Assembly: GCA_041691135.1 (NCBI GenBank)
Contig: JBEPVF010000006.1
Span: forward strand, 19,059 to 83,058
DNA from: Candidatus Peribacteria bacterium
GTDB taxonomy: Bacteria > Patescibacteriota > Gracilibacteria > Peribacterales > Peribacteraceae
DNA length: 64,000 nt
Direction of reading: 5' to 3'
In this document: positions 49,869 to 60,481 of the stretch, in pieces
How the letters are laid out: each line of letters opens with the position of its first letter
Numbering within the stretch: the stretch's first letter is position 1
Notes under the pieces: model-generated
Database searches by the model: none
The model's input: the letters and a program-made list of their open reading frames with translations, nothing else
What the model was told of the DNA's origin: nothing
Position numbers and translations under genes: made by a program

Positions 49869-51733
49869 GCTCGCTTAGCTCAGAGCAAATACTTGCACGC
49901 TCCCGTTCGGCGCAACCGATATGGGCGGCTCTCAACGTCTCGCGCCGGTGTGCCATTCTTGCTGAGATTCGCCGCGAAATTGCCCTTCAGTGCGAATTCA
50001 TCGCAGCCACGATTGCGCGTGAAACCTCGAAGCCACCACTGGATGCGCTGTCCGGAGACGTCTTAGTTACGCTCGAACACCTGCGCTATTGCGAATCGCA
50101 CGGGGTGCGCGTTCTGCGTTCGCAACGTATCGCGAAGCCATCGATTTTCTTTCGCGGTGCGCGCTTCGAGACATATTTTGAACCCCACGGAGCTGTTCTG
50201 ATCTTCGGTCCATCGAACTACCCTTTTCAACTATCTGTTATCCCGCTCATGACAGCGCTTGTTGCTGGCAACTCTGTAGTGCTCAAGTGTTCCGAACGCA
50301 CGCCCGAAACAGCGGGCCTCATCGCGAGGCTGTGCGCCGATTCAAGCTTGCCGCATCACTTGGTACAGGTACTCCACGAAGAACCTGTACAATCTGGGGC
50401 TCTCATCGACGCTAAGCCAGACTTTATTTTTTTCACCGGCAGCAGCCATCACGGCCAGCAGATCGCACAGCGCGCTGCGAAGCACCTAATTCCCATCATT
50501 CTTGAGCTTGGCGGGAAAGATGCGAGCATCGTCTTCGCGGACTGTCACCTCGAAAGAGCCGTCGAAGGGATCGCCTATGGCGCCTTTTCGAACGCCGGAC
50601 GAGTGTGCGTTGCCGTCAAGCGAGCCTATGTTGAGGCTTCCATCTATGAAGAATTTCTTACACGCCTAAAGCGGCGTGTCTCAGAACTCCGTGTCGACAA
50701 TGGAACAGATATGGACTTCTTCATGCCTTCTGCGGATGCGCAATCCGAAAACCTTAGCCAGATCGAAGATGCGCTCTCTCTCGGAGCCACATTGCAGTGG
50801 CCGAAGGATCGCGCTACCGTCGCCCGCGAACCTGTACTTCTTACCGGCGTTCCCACCGAGGCCCGCATTCTTACCGACGAGTCCTTCGCCCCTGCGCTCT
50901 GTATCGCCCCCTTCAGCAGCGAGGCAGAAGCCATTGCGCTCGCAAATGCAAGCCCCTTCGCGCTCAGTAGCAGCGTCTGGACTCGCAATCGTGCACGGGG
51001 CCGCCGCATCGCCACGCAACTCTCCGCAGGCAGTTGCTCGGTCAACGACGTCATCCGCATCATTGCGAATCCTCACGCGGCATTTGGGGGCAATCGTCTC
51101 AGTGGCTACGGCCGCTATCACGGTCCAGAAGGACTGCGCGCTTTCTCGCGGACAAAAACCATTATGATTGCCAGCGATCGCCGTACGCGCGAGATCAACT
51201 GGTTTCCGTTCGACGATCGCACGAAGCGTCGGCTCGCCAGTCTACTTCGATTTCGGCATGGATCGACTGGTCTTATGGCACGCCTTGGTCGAATACTCTT
51301 GCCTCTCTTTATAGTCGCGGCCTTTTCAATCGTTCTTGCCGCGCAAGCTACGCCCGAGACGCATCTTGCAATCAATGTCCAACTTACCCCGCATGCAGCC
51401 GGCGAATTAGCTTATTTAGTTTTCTCTTCGCCCACGGGGTTTCCCGGTGATCCTAATAAGGCGCTGCGTCACGGCTTTCTGCCAATTCCAGTCGACGCGC
51501 AGAAGCTAACGGTCGAGCTCGATCTGCCACCTGGCACCTATGCCGTAACCGTCTATGAAGACCTCAACAGCAATCACAAGCTCGATCACAATCTCATCGG
51601 CATCCCGCGCGAGCCGGTTGGCGTCTCGAACAATCCGCCCGCACGTCTCGGGGCGCCGCGCTTCAACGAAAGTTCCTTCCACCTCGGTGTTACCTCTCAA
51701 GCAATCCTCATCAATATGGTGCATGCATCATGA
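49865..51733 (+). CDS. Diapocarotenoid aldehyde dehydrogenase (CrtNc/AldH-like) fused in frame to a C-terminal DUF2141 domain
   Basis: NYPF, FTGS, LELGGKD, NAGRVC and ESFAP ALDH motifs; then a hydrophobic segment and GTYAVTVYEDLNSNHKLD...GIPREPVGVSNN...PRF. Confidence 0.85.
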   Translation: MSSLSSEQILARSRSAQPIWAALNVSRRCAILAEIRREIALQCEFIAATIARETSKPPLDALSGDVLVTLEHLRYCESHGVRVLRSQRIAKPSIFFRGARFETYFEPHGAVLIFGPSNYPFQLSVIPLMTALVAGNSVVLKCSERTPETAGLIARLCADSSLPHHLVQVLHEEPVQSGALIDAKPDFIFFTGSSHHGQQIAQRAAKHLIPIILELGGKDASIVFADCHLERAVEGIAYGAFSNAGRVCVAVKRAYVEASIYEEFLTRLKRRVSELRVDNGTDMDFFMPSADAQSENLSQIEDALSLGATLQWPKDRATVAREPVLLTGVPTEARILTDESFAPALCIAPFSSEAEAIALANASPFALSSSVWTRNRARGRRIATQLSAGSCSVNDVIRIIANPHAAFGGNRLSGYGRYHGPEGLRAFSRTKTIMIASDRRTREINWFPFDDRTKRRLASLLRFRHGSTGLMARLGRILLPLFIVAAFSIVLAAQATPETHLAINVQLTPHAAGELAYLVFSSPTGFPGDPNKALRHGFLPIPVDAQKLTVELDLPPGTYAVTVYEDLNSNHKLDHNLIGIPREPVGVSNNPPARLGAPRFNESSFHLGVTSQAILINMVHAS

Positions 51734-53247
51734 GCACTGCTGTTACAAATAAACGCGTTGTTGTCATCGGAGCCGGTATTGGCGGAATGTCCGCAGCCAT
51801 CATGCTTGCCCGCAGTGGCTTTCAGGTCACCATTCTTGAAAAGAACGCACAGGTTGGTGGCAAACTCAATCAATTACAAACCGAAGGATTCAGCTTCGAC
51901 CTGGGCCCTTCAATCTTCACGCTACCGCAAGCGTTCCGTCCTATATTTGAAGGGGATGGGAAGCGCCTTGAAGACTACATCACTCTGCAACGAGTTGATC
52001 CGCAATGGCGCAATTTCTTTGAAGACGGAGTCGTCCTCGACTTATGGGAAGATCTGGAAAAAATGCGCAATGAACTTGCGCACTTCGGGCCGCGCGTCTT
52101 CGACGAATACAAGGAGTTCCTTGCCTATTCACATGACCAGTACGAAATCGTTGAGCGAGGTTATCTTCGACATGGGCTAGACACCTTTGGCCAATTCTTG
52201 CGGTTTTACGGCTGGAAGGATGCCCGAAATCTGGACTACCTACGATCCATGTCCGGCAGCATCTACAAACGCCTCAGTAATAATTATCTCCGCGACATCT
52301 TTGAATACTTCATCAAGTATGTAGGCTCAAGCGCGCTGGACTCGCCTGCTTTCATGAACCTGATGCCAAACATTCAGCTACAGTTTGGTCTCTGGTATGT
52401 GTCCGGCGGGCTCTATCAACTCGCTCGTGCATTTCACAAGCGCCTCGACGAAACCGGCGTCAAGCTGTGCCTTGAGCACGAAGTCATGCATATCGATCAC
52501 ACTGACAAGGCGGTTACTGGAATACACGTTCGTGGTCCCGGCGGCTATTTTCAGACATTGTCTGCTGACTACGTCGTCTCCAACATGGAAGTTATTCCCG
52601 CTATGGAGAAGCTGCTGCGATCACCTGCTTCCGTTATGAAGAAGCTGCGTCGCTTTGAACCCTCATGCTCCGGCATTGTGCTTCATCTTGGGCTGAACCG
52701 CATCTATCCTCGGCTTGCGCATCACAATTTTTTCTACTCCCGAGATCTGCACGGGCATTTCCACCGTGTCTTTCGTGAGAAGAAGATACCCGACGATCCC
52801 ACTATTTATCTTGTCGCGCCCACCCGCACTGATCCGTCGCAGGCGCCGCCTGGCTGTGACAATATCAAGATTTTGCCACACATTCCCTATATCAACGACC
52901 GCCATCCCTACACACGCGAAGACTACATCGCTCTTAAAGAACTTTGCCTCGACAAGCTTGAGCGTATGGGCCTCACCGACTTGCGACGCCACATCGTTGT
53001 TGAGGATTTCTGGACCCCGTTCGACATTGAGGCTCGCTATGCATCCAACCGCGGATCTATTTATGGCGTTGTCTGCGATCGTCGCCGCAACTTCGCCTTC
53101 AAAGCGCCTAAACAAAGCTCTCATTTCCGGAATCTTTTTTTCGTTGGCGGCAGCGTAAATCCGGGCGCGGGCATGCCCATGGTCGCGCTCAGCGGCCAGC
53201 AAGTAGCCCGAATGATTGTTGAACAGGCCGCAAAAAGGAAACCATGA
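51730..53247 (+). CDS. crtP: Diapolycopene/diaponeurosporene oxygenase (CrtP/CrtNb)
   Basis: GGKLN, FDLGPSIFT, YFIKYVGSS, SNMEVIPAMEKLL, PSCSG and GGSVNPGAGMPMV motifs. Confidence 0.88.
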   Translation: MSTAVTNKRVVVIGAGIGGMSAAIMLARSGFQVTILEKNAQVGGKLNQLQTEGFSFDLGPSIFTLPQAFRPIFEGDGKRLEDYITLQRVDPQWRNFFEDGVVLDLWEDLEKMRNELAHFGPRVFDEYKEFLAYSHDQYEIVERGYLRHGLDTFGQFLRFYGWKDARNLDYLRSMSGSIYKRLSNNYLRDIFEYFIKYVGSSALDSPAFMNLMPNIQLQFGLWYVSGGLYQLARAFHKRLDETGVKLCLEHEVMHIDHTDKAVTGIHVRGPGGYFQTLSADYVVSNMEVIPAMEKLLRSPASVMKKLRRFEPSCSGIVLHLGLNRIYPRLAHHNFFYSRDLHGHFHRVFREKKIPDDPTIYLVAPTRTDPSQAPPGCDNIKILPHIPYINDRHPYTREDYIALKELCLDKLERMGLTDLRRHIVVEDFWTPFDIEARYASNRGSIYGVVCDRRRNFAFKAPKQSSHFRNLFFVGGSVNPGAGMPMVALSGQQVARMIVEQAAKRKP

Positions 53248-54320
53248 TTGCGCCAGCAGCACTCATCTGCGCTCTCGGAATTCCCGCCGGCTTCCTTCTG
53301 ATCCGGCGGATTCCGATACCCCCGTCTTCTCAACCTAACCAGCCGATCAGTCTTTCTATCGTGATTCCCGCTCGGAATGAGGAAAATAATATTCCGCGAC
53401 TACTGCGATCTATCGAGGAATCGACAGAACACTCACCAGAATTGCTGGTCGTCGACGATGCTTCCGCCGATCGCACAGCGCTCGTCGCTCGAAGTCTTGG
53501 TGCAACAGTGGTTGCCTCCGCTCCTTTACCTAGCGGTTGGACCGGGAAGACGTGGGCGTGTCATCAAGGAGCCCTGCGTGCCACCGGCGATACTCTGCTG
53601 TTTCTGGATGCGGACACATATTTCATCGCTGGGGGCCTGGATCGCATCATCGCCTTCTGGCTGCGTGAACGCGACACGGGGCTGGTTCTCTCATTATTGC
53701 CATACCAAGCCATGAATGCCGCGTACGAGCAGCTCTCGCTTTTTTTTAGCATTCTCATGGCCGCTGGGGCCGGTGGATTCGGGGTTGTTGCAGCACCGCA
53801 ACTCTTCGGCCAGTCTCTCCTCATCACTAAAGAAACCTACTTCGCTGTAGGCGGACATGCCAGCGTGCGCGGATTCATCCTGGAGAACCTCCACCTCGCC
53901 CAGCTTCTTCGCTCCTCCGGGATACACACCCTTTGCATGGGCGGGCGCGGTGCCCTTCACATGCGCATGTTTCCTGAAGGCTTTCGTCAGATGTCCGATA
54001 GCTGGACAAAAGCTTTCGTCCACGGAGCGGCGGCGTCTGGAGGCTTCATCCTTGCCTCTGCCATCATTTGGATTTCCGCTCTCTGGTCCACCGTACTGTT
54101 GCTCATTGCGCCGCATGACTACGGCCGGAACTCCCTCGCTATTGTTTACATCCTGCTTGCACTGCAACTTGCATGGTTTGCGCGTCGGCTTGGAAACTAT
54201 GGGTTCTTCACCTGTCTGCTATATCCTCTGCCGCTCACATACTACTGCGTTGTCTTTGGCCGTTCCGCTATCCGCCGGATGTGGGGACGCAAAACCGCGT
54301 GGCGAGGGCGCGAAATATGA
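53244..54320 (+). CDS. crtQ: 4,4'-diapocarotenoate glycosyltransferase (GT2)
   Basis: IPARNEE, PLPSGWTGKTWACHQG, FLDAD and MRMFPEG..WTK motifs; C-terminal transmembrane segments; operon context. Confidence 0.82.
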   Translation: MIAPAALICALGIPAGFLLIRRIPIPPSSQPNQPISLSIVIPARNEENNIPRLLRSIEESTEHSPELLVVDDASADRTALVARSLGATVVASAPLPSGWTGKTWACHQGALRATGDTLLFLDADTYFIAGGLDRIIAFWLRERDTGLVLSLLPYQAMNAAYEQLSLFFSILMAAGAGGFGVVAAPQLFGQSLLITKETYFAVGGHASVRGFILENLHLAQLLRSSGIHTLCMGGRGALHMRMFPEGFRQMSDSWTKAFVHGAAASGGFILASAIIWISALWSTVLLLIAPHDYGRNSLAIVYILLALQLAWFARRLGNYGFFTCLLYPLPLTYYCVVFGRSAIRRMWGRKTAWRGREI

Positions 54321-54787
54321 CACCGCTCCTATGGGCGGCGAACATTTTGGGCTGGCCAGTCATTCAGCTCGCCATCGCCTATGCCGCTATCCGTTTTCCG
54401 CAGTCGGTCTTCGCACAAAATTCGTGGCTCACCGCTCCACGCAGATGGGAACGTCACGGTCTTCTGTATCGGGATTGGTTCGCCGTTAGGAGATGGAAAC
54501 ACCTGCTCCCCGATGGCGCGCCCTTGCTCGGAGGCGCAGTGAAGAGCCTTCCTTCACGCAATCCCGCCTACATCGAACAATTCCTGATCGAAACACGCCG
54601 TGCAGAAGTTGCGCACTGGTGCGCGATCTGCTGCCTCCCTCTCTTCTTTCTCTGGAATCCGCCGTGGGCACGATGGGTGATGACCGCTTACGCGATTGCC
54701 TCCAATCTGCCCTGCATCCTCGCACAACGTTACAACCGTATGGTCCTCGACCGTTATGCTCGACGCCACGCTCTCTCGTGTCTATGA
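54317..54787 (+). CDS. crtO: Glycosyl-diapocarotenoate acyltransferase
   Basis: VRRWKHLLPDGA, FLIETRRAEVAHW and NLPCILAQRYNR motifs; ATGA overlap with crtQ. Confidence 0.88.
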   Translation: MTPLLWAANILGWPVIQLAIAYAAIRFPQSVFAQNSWLTAPRRWERHGLLYRDWFAVRRWKHLLPDGAPLLGGAVKSLPSRNPAYIEQFLIETRRAEVAHWCAICCLPLFFLWNPPWARWVMTAYAIASNLPCILAQRYNRMVLDRYARRHALSCL

Positions 54788-55104
54788 ACCCATTCATATA
54801 CAAGCCCGATCCAACGGCCAGCAAGCGCCGCTACTTGGTCCATCTCTCCTGCGCGTACGACGAAAGCGGCGTCAGTTGCCGTTATACTGCTCGCATTCGG
54901 GTCTGGACTTCCCGAAGCATCCGAGCCACAACCTACGAGCGTGTCTTCAGCGATGAATATGAGCTCATCGAAACCGTCAATGCCTTACTCCCTAATGGTT
55001 CTGACGTTCGGAACATATTTAGCCACATCGAAAGTCCCGACGGCTTTTTCTACCTCCTCCATCTCAGCTTTGAAGAAGCGGAACAGCTTGGTTGGCGCGG
55101 CTAA
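54784..55104 (+). CDS. Hypothetical protein translationally coupled to crtO
   Basis: ATGA overlap; 106 aa, MNPFIYKPDP...EEAEQLGWRG. Confidence 0.65.
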   Translation: MNPFIYKPDPTASKRRYLVHLSCAYDESGVSCRYTARIRVWTSRSIRATTYERVFSDEYELIETVNALLPNGSDVRNIFSHIESPDGFFYLLHLSFEEAEQLGWRG

Positions 55105-55440
55105 ATTGAACGTATGTGACCGGTAAGATGCCGCAATCAGCTGATCGTTACGATCGAGGATAGCTCGCTCGCAATGAGCGCCAAATCTCCGAGTCACTCA
55201 TTGGGCCGTGATTGGCAACCTGAGGTCGGCTTCTCACCAATGAAATCCTTTGGTTGACATCAGAGACTCGTCTCCTTTCATGATCTCGTTGCCCCCATCT
55301 GAAAAGAAAAATATCCCCTCTGGGCACCCCTAAAGAGAAAAAAAGCTTTAACAAGCGAGGGAGAATCTCAGCAGGGCGGTCCGCTTCGAGCAGAGTATCT
55401 TGCATCATATGAAATTGGGAATAGAAGCAAAGGGGATTAT

Positions 55441-55629
55441 ATGGCTACAGAGAAGCCCGTCGAAGCGCAGAGTACGTTCACCAAAGTGATCTTATACACA
55501 ACGGTAATTTCGGGATTTATAGCCGCCTATCTAATGTACCGCCGCGGAGAATCGATGGTTTCAATAGCGAGAAGCGCTGTTACCAATCCGGTCGGCTCGC
55601 TGATTTCGGAAGTCAAGAATGTAATTTAA
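55441..55629 (+). CDS. Small single-pass membrane protein
   Basis: AAGGGG RBS; 62 aa with one hydrophobic segment. Confidence 0.65.
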   Translation: MATEKPVEAQSTFTKVILYTTVISGFIAAYLMYRRGESMVSIARSAVTNPVGSLISEVKNVI

Positions 55630-56003
55630 TATGTGGCTTGTCAGGAAGAGAACAGCAGAAGTACGAAGTCTCCGAAGATTATGCACCTTCCGATTCATTT
55701 GCTATTACGCACTCTTGACTAAGTCGGATGATAGTTCTGTTGAGACTCGCAAAGCTCGCAGGCCCTGTCTGGTTCATTGTTAGCAGCTTCAAGTGCGCTA
55801 TTCCGTCGGTCTAACAAACAAGAAGCGGCCTCTATTCGACCTCGTCAACTATACTGCGATCTACTTTCACGTAACGAAGCAAGATTGAGGCGGCCTCCAG
55901 CCGCGCGAGCCAACCCATTATCCACACTGGAATCTAAGTCCTTACGGCATCCAATCTAAGCCTGTTCGTTCACCTCAGCAATTTACGCGAAAGCTGGCAG
56001 TTC

Positions 56004-58094
56004 ATGAAGAAATCTATAAACGTAGCTAAACCAAGCAGTCTTGATGCCCAGATTGGCAAAGGTGGGGAGTTACATCAAACCGCTGGAGGCACCCATCCCG
56101 CAATGACAACTCAAACCGGTGTCATTCTCTCTGACGACGAGAACTCCCTTAAAGCTGGTTCGAGAGGCCCGGTCCTAATGGAAGATCACGTCCTCCTTGA
56201 GAAGACACAGCACTTCGATCATGAGCGAATCCCGGAGCGGGTTGTTCATGCCCGTGGCTTCGGAGCTCATGGGTATTTCGAGTTAACCGATTCTCTTAAG
56301 GGGATTTCTAAGGCCGGCATCTTCAATCGTGTAGGAGAGAAGACACCGTTATTTACTCGCTTCTCCACCGTTGCCGGCAACATGGGCTCGAGCGACTTGG
56401 CGCGCGACGTACGCGGTTTCGCTGTCAAGTTCTACACCTCCGAGGGAAACTGGGATCTCGTAGGCAACAACATCCCGATCTTCTTCATTCAGGATGCAAT
56501 CAAATTCACCGACCTAGTCCATTCCGTTAAGCAGGAGCCGGACCGCGGCTTTCCTCAGGCCCAATCTGCTCACGACACCTTTTGGGATTTTGTCTCTCTG
56601 ATGCCTGAGAGCACCCACATGCTTATGTGGATTATGTCTGATAGGGCAATCCCCCGCTCCCTGCGAATGATCGAGGGGTTTGGCGTGCATACCTATCGGC
56701 TTCTCAACGAAGCAGGCGAAGCTACCTATGTGAAGTTTCACTGGCGACCGAAACTCGGCATGCAGTCTGTGATCTGGGATGAGGCTTTGAAGATCTCCGG
56801 AAGCGACCCCGATTTCCATCGGCGCGATCTTTGGAACGCTATTGCCGCCGGTAATCCAGCCGAATGGGAGCTTGGCGTTCAACTCTTCGATGAAGAGTTC
56901 GCTCAGAAGTTCGATTTCGATGTTCTAGATGCCACGAAGCTAATTCCAGAAGAGCTGATTCCATTGAGAATCATCGGGCGAATGGTACTAGATCGAAACG
57001 TTGACAACTACTTTGCGGAAACAGAACAAGTTGCATTTTGCACCCGCAACGTAGTGCCCGGTATCGATTTCACGAACGACCCGCTCCTCCAGGGCCGAAA
57101 CCTTTCCTATGTGGACACTCAGCTGAGTCGGCTTGGCGGTCCAAACTACCAGCAGATTCCCGTTAATGCGCCCAAATGCCCTGTGATGAACATGCAACGA
57201 GACGGACACATGACGATGCGGACGCAAAAGGGTCGGGTCTCCTACTCGCCAAGCTCCCTTGAAGCAGACTCGCCCCGCCAAAATCCGCAGAAGGGTTTCA
57301 GCTCGTTTCCAGAGATGTTGGAAGGAGACAAACTCAGAGTGAGGTCAGAGTCCTTCGCGGATCACTTTTCGCAGGCACGACAGTTCTATTATTCGCAGAC
57401 TGAACCGGAACAGAACCACATCATCTCCGCGTTCATCTTTGAGCTCAGCAAAGTAGAGACATTGACAGTACGGGAGCGCATGGTCGGTCAGCTTGCGAAC
57501 GTAGACCCTAAAGTTGCCCAGCGCATTGCCAATGGTTTGGGTCTGCAGGGAAAAATCAAGCCCGTGGAAACAACGGTTCCTGCGCGAACGGACCTACCAG
57601 AATCGCCAGCGCTAAGCATCCTTGCGAAAGCGAAGAGTACTTTGAAGGGCCGCGTTGTTGGCTGTTTGGTGGCGGACGGAACGGATTCTGACACGGTAAA
57701 TGCCTTGAAGAAGGCTACTCTCAAGCTTGGCGCGGACTTTAAAATCATCGCGCCTAAAGTTGGCGGAGCGGTCGCCGCAAACGGGAAATTGCTGGAGGCG
57801 GACTTCCAACTGGCTGGAGGATCGTCGGTTCTCTTCGATACAGTTTTCGTTGCGATCTCCAAGGACGGTGGAAAGCTGCTGTCAAAGGAAGCCGCTGCGG
57901 TTGCGTGGGTCCACGATGCGTTTGCTCACCTGAAGGTCATCGGGGCGAATTCTGATGCCAAACCGCTTTTAAACGCAGCAGGGGTAGTTGTAGATAAGGG
58001 CGTCAAAGTAGGCTCGGATGTGGGAGCTTTCTTAGCGGCGGCTTCTAAGGGCCGAATCTGGGACCGCGAGCCATCGGTGCGGACGGGGTTTTAG
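56004..58094 (+). CDS. katE: Large-subunit monofunctional catalase (HPII)
   Basis: [28 protein letters not shown] and [12 protein letters not shown] motifs; C-terminal GATase-like domain. Confidence 0.96.
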   Translation: MKKSINVAKPSSLDAQIGKGGELHQTAGGTHPAMTTQTGVILSDDENSLKAGSRGPVLMEDHVLLEKTQHFDHERIPERVVHARGFGAHGYFELTDSLKGISKAGIFNRVGEKTPLFTRFSTVAGNMGSSDLARDVRGFAVKFYTSEGNWDLVGNNIPIFFIQDAIKFTDLVHSVKQEPDRGFPQAQSAHDTFWDFVSLMPESTHMLMWIMSDRAIPRSLRMIEGFGVHTYRLLNEAGEATYVKFHWRPKLGMQSVIWDEALKISGSDPDFHRRDLWNAIAAGNPAEWELGVQLFDEEFAQKFDFDVLDATKLIPEELIPLRIIGRMVLDRNVDNYFAETEQVAFCTRNVVPGIDFTNDPLLQGRNLSYVDTQLSRLGGPNYQQIPVNAPKCPVMNMQRDGHMTMRTQKGRVSYSPSSLEADSPRQNPQKGFSSFPEMLEGDKLRVRSESFADHFSQARQFYYSQTEPEQNHIISAFIFELSKVETLTVRERMVGQLANVDPKVAQRIANGLGLQGKIKPVETTVPARTDLPESPALSILAKAKSTLKGRVVGCLVADGTDSDTVNALKKATLKLGADFKIIAPKVGGAVAANGKLLEADFQLAGGSSVLFDTVFVAISKDGGKLLSKEAAAVAWVHDAFAHLKVIGANSDAKPLLNAAGVVVDKGVKVGSDVGAFLAAASKGRIWDREPSVRTGF

Positions 58095-58218
58095 CCATTG
58101 CTTGTAAGAATGGAAGGGCTGCCTTGCCCGGCCTTTCCACCTTTCTATCGCGAACTTCGCAGGAATTTCCCATTCAATCGCGATCGCTCTTCTTTTTTGC
58201 ATCAAATTAGGCAGCAAT

Positions 58219-58911
58219 ATGATTGTTCGCCTTATGCAGGGAGCGGAGTGGAGTTCGCTTCTCTCCAGGAACCAAATGTGGGAGCCGTCAACCGCGCCCA
58301 TCGTCATCGTCTCTCCCCACCCCGATGATGAAACTCTCGCAACTGGCGGTTTAATCGCTTGGGCGACGGAGCGCGGAATTGATGTTCAGGTTCTTGCAGT
58401 CACAGATGGCCAGAATGCTTTATCACGACTCTGTCGGCTTAGGGCCAATCCGTCAACGCGAGCAAGAGCAAGCGCTCAAAAGCTCTCGGTGTGGAATCAG
58501 ATCATATCGTTCGTTTACATCTGACGGATAGCGACATTTCCTCTCATGTTGATCAACTGGTGGATGGTCTTTCATCGTTGTGTACCGCTGAAACTCAGGT
58601 CTTAGCGCCATGGCCACATGATTTCCACCCAGATCATGAGGCTTGCGGCATAGTCGCGAAACAGGTTGCGCTCCATACAGGCGCGTCCCTTATCTATTAT
58701 TTCTTTTGGACCTGGCACCGGGGTACCCCCACCCTTCTCGAGGGTCTACCCCTGTTCCGATTTCCACTCAATGAGCGCCAACGCAACGCCAAGTTAGAAG
58801 CTTTAAATCATCACACTTCCCAACTCACCCACGTATCCGGCGAGCCGATCTCTACCGGAGAATTTACTCTGGCCAGCAGTGCAATTTTTTGAAACGTATC
58901 TGCCAACATGA
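58219..58911 (+). pseudogene. PIG-L/LmbE family deacetylase, frameshifted
   Basis: SPHPDDETL, VTDG and DFHPDHEA motifs split by three apparent +1 insertions; the reconstructed stop overlaps the next ATG. Confidence 0.85.
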
Positions 58912-59481
58912 CCCTCGATACCACAAGCCAATCATTCTTCGAGAAGATCTATCAGACGTCAGAAGATCCGTGGGGCTTCGCTTCGAGCGATTACGAAAGA
59001 GATCGTTACGCAACAATCATGCGTGCCTTGCGCGGGCGCGCTTATCGCAATACCTTTGAACCCGCCTGCTCAGTCGGCGTCCTTACTACACAATTAGCCC
59101 TCATTTCCCTACGCCATGGACATATCTCCGACCGCTACCGTGTGAGCGCGCGAACGCTGCCGTTCACTCAGCAATGTTTCTGTGCGTCGTGGGACGCTTC
59201 CTGCAGATATACCCGCAACATCCTTCGATCTGATCGTATTTAGTGAAATAGGCTACTACTTCAACGAGACTGTGTTGGCAGAGTTGGCTGGAAAGCTCGT
59301 TGAACGGCTTGAGCCGAACGGGATCTTTCTCGCGGCACATTGGCTGGTTGGCTGGGTAATTCACCAGACCACATCCTCAGCGGCGATCGGGTGCACGAGA
59401 TCCTAAAGTCTGTGGACGGACTGGAGCGAGGTTGAGCAATGCTACTCCTGCTTTCGTTTAGACCGGTGGGCACGTTCATGA
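58908..59481 (+). pseudogene. NodS-like SAM-dependent methyltransferase, disrupted
   Basis: DPWGFASSDYERDRY, EPACSVG, FDLIVFSEIGYY and HW..SGDRVHE motifs; frameshifts, in-frame stops and an 8-bp duplication. Confidence 0.85.
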
Positions 59482-60198
59482 CCGTCGCTGCCTGGCACAT
59501 TGCCGTGTTGATTCCCGCCCGCAATGAAGAGGCGCTTCTTCCTCGCTGTCTTCAATCAGTGCTGGACGCCTGCCAACAGCTTCCTCTTTCGGCAACCTGG
59601 GATGTCATCGTTTCCGTGGACAGCTCCACAGATCTTACCGGCAACATCGCGGAACGGGTTTTGTCGTGCCACGGTGCCGTCGTAACAACGCAAGCGCGAT
59701 CTGTCGGCGAAGCTCGACGCCTCGCAGCCAGGAAAGCATTGGACCGGTACTTGGGCCCGCTCTCCCGTTGTTGGCTCGCAAATACGGACGCAGACTGTTG
59801 CGTCCCACAATCCTGGCTTATTGACCATCTTATTGTTGCTGCAAGTAGTCTGGATGCAGTCGCAGGACGTCATTGACGTCGATTCATTTGAAGGTCATTC
59901 TGCTGATGTGGAACAACGATTTCGTGCCAGCTATCAAATCCATGAGGATGGAACTCATCCTCATGTGCACGGAGCAAATCTGGGCATGCGTGCCGATGCG
60001 TACCTGCGTGCGGGAGGATGGAGCGATCTGGAGACCGCAGAAGATCATGATCTTTGGAATCGGCTCATAGCAACAGGATCAAGAAGACAATCAAATGCAC
60101 GTATGAGGGTGATGACTAGCGGGCGACGTATCGGCCGGGCACCCCATGGCTTTGCGCAGGCACTTGAAGCCCATAACGAGGTTCTGATTGGACGTTGA
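59478..60198 (+). pseudogene. GT2 glycosyltransferase, one frameshift near 59870
   Basis: IPARNEE and WLANTDAD in one frame; HVHGANLG, EDHDL and TSGR..GRAPHGF in another. Confidence 0.85.
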
Positions 60199-60481
60199 CC
60201 TACAGACGCGGTTGCGAGAACTGGTCCGTGAGGCACTACCATTCCCGGGCCGAGGGAATACGCGAGTTCGTCATCGGCGACTGAGGGAGATCGGGCGGGA
60301 AGTACTGCGACGACTTTCCAGAGCGTACGGGCCGCGTCCATTGGCAATGGATGCCGAAATTAGCCGCAGGTTCCAAGAACTCGAACTCTACCTACGACAG
60401 TCGCATGCAGAGAGGGATCTTGAGGTGCTCACTCAAACTGTTCTCCACTGTAAGCGGCAATTTCCCGAACGGCCTATTTAA
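60188..60481 (+). pseudogene. Acyl-CoA dehydrogenase-like gene with a large in-frame internal deletion
   Basis: N-terminal LPFPGRGNTRVRHRRL joined directly to C-terminal RAYGPRPL...LYLRQSHAERDL. Confidence 0.75.

Noticed and set aside
54173-54783. Longer calls for crtO (from 54173) and the next ORF (from 54493)
   Set aside because: The extensions overlap upstream genes; ATGA-coupled starts at 54317 and 54784 fit better.
55148-55959. ORFs 55148-55408 and 55777-55959
   Set aside because: No motifs or convincing RBS; likely intergenic.
58219-60198. Programmed frameshifting or recoding in the PIG-L cluster
   Set aside because: The lesions are heterogeneous (insertions, stops, a duplication, a deletion) with no slippery heptamers seen; decay explains them better.
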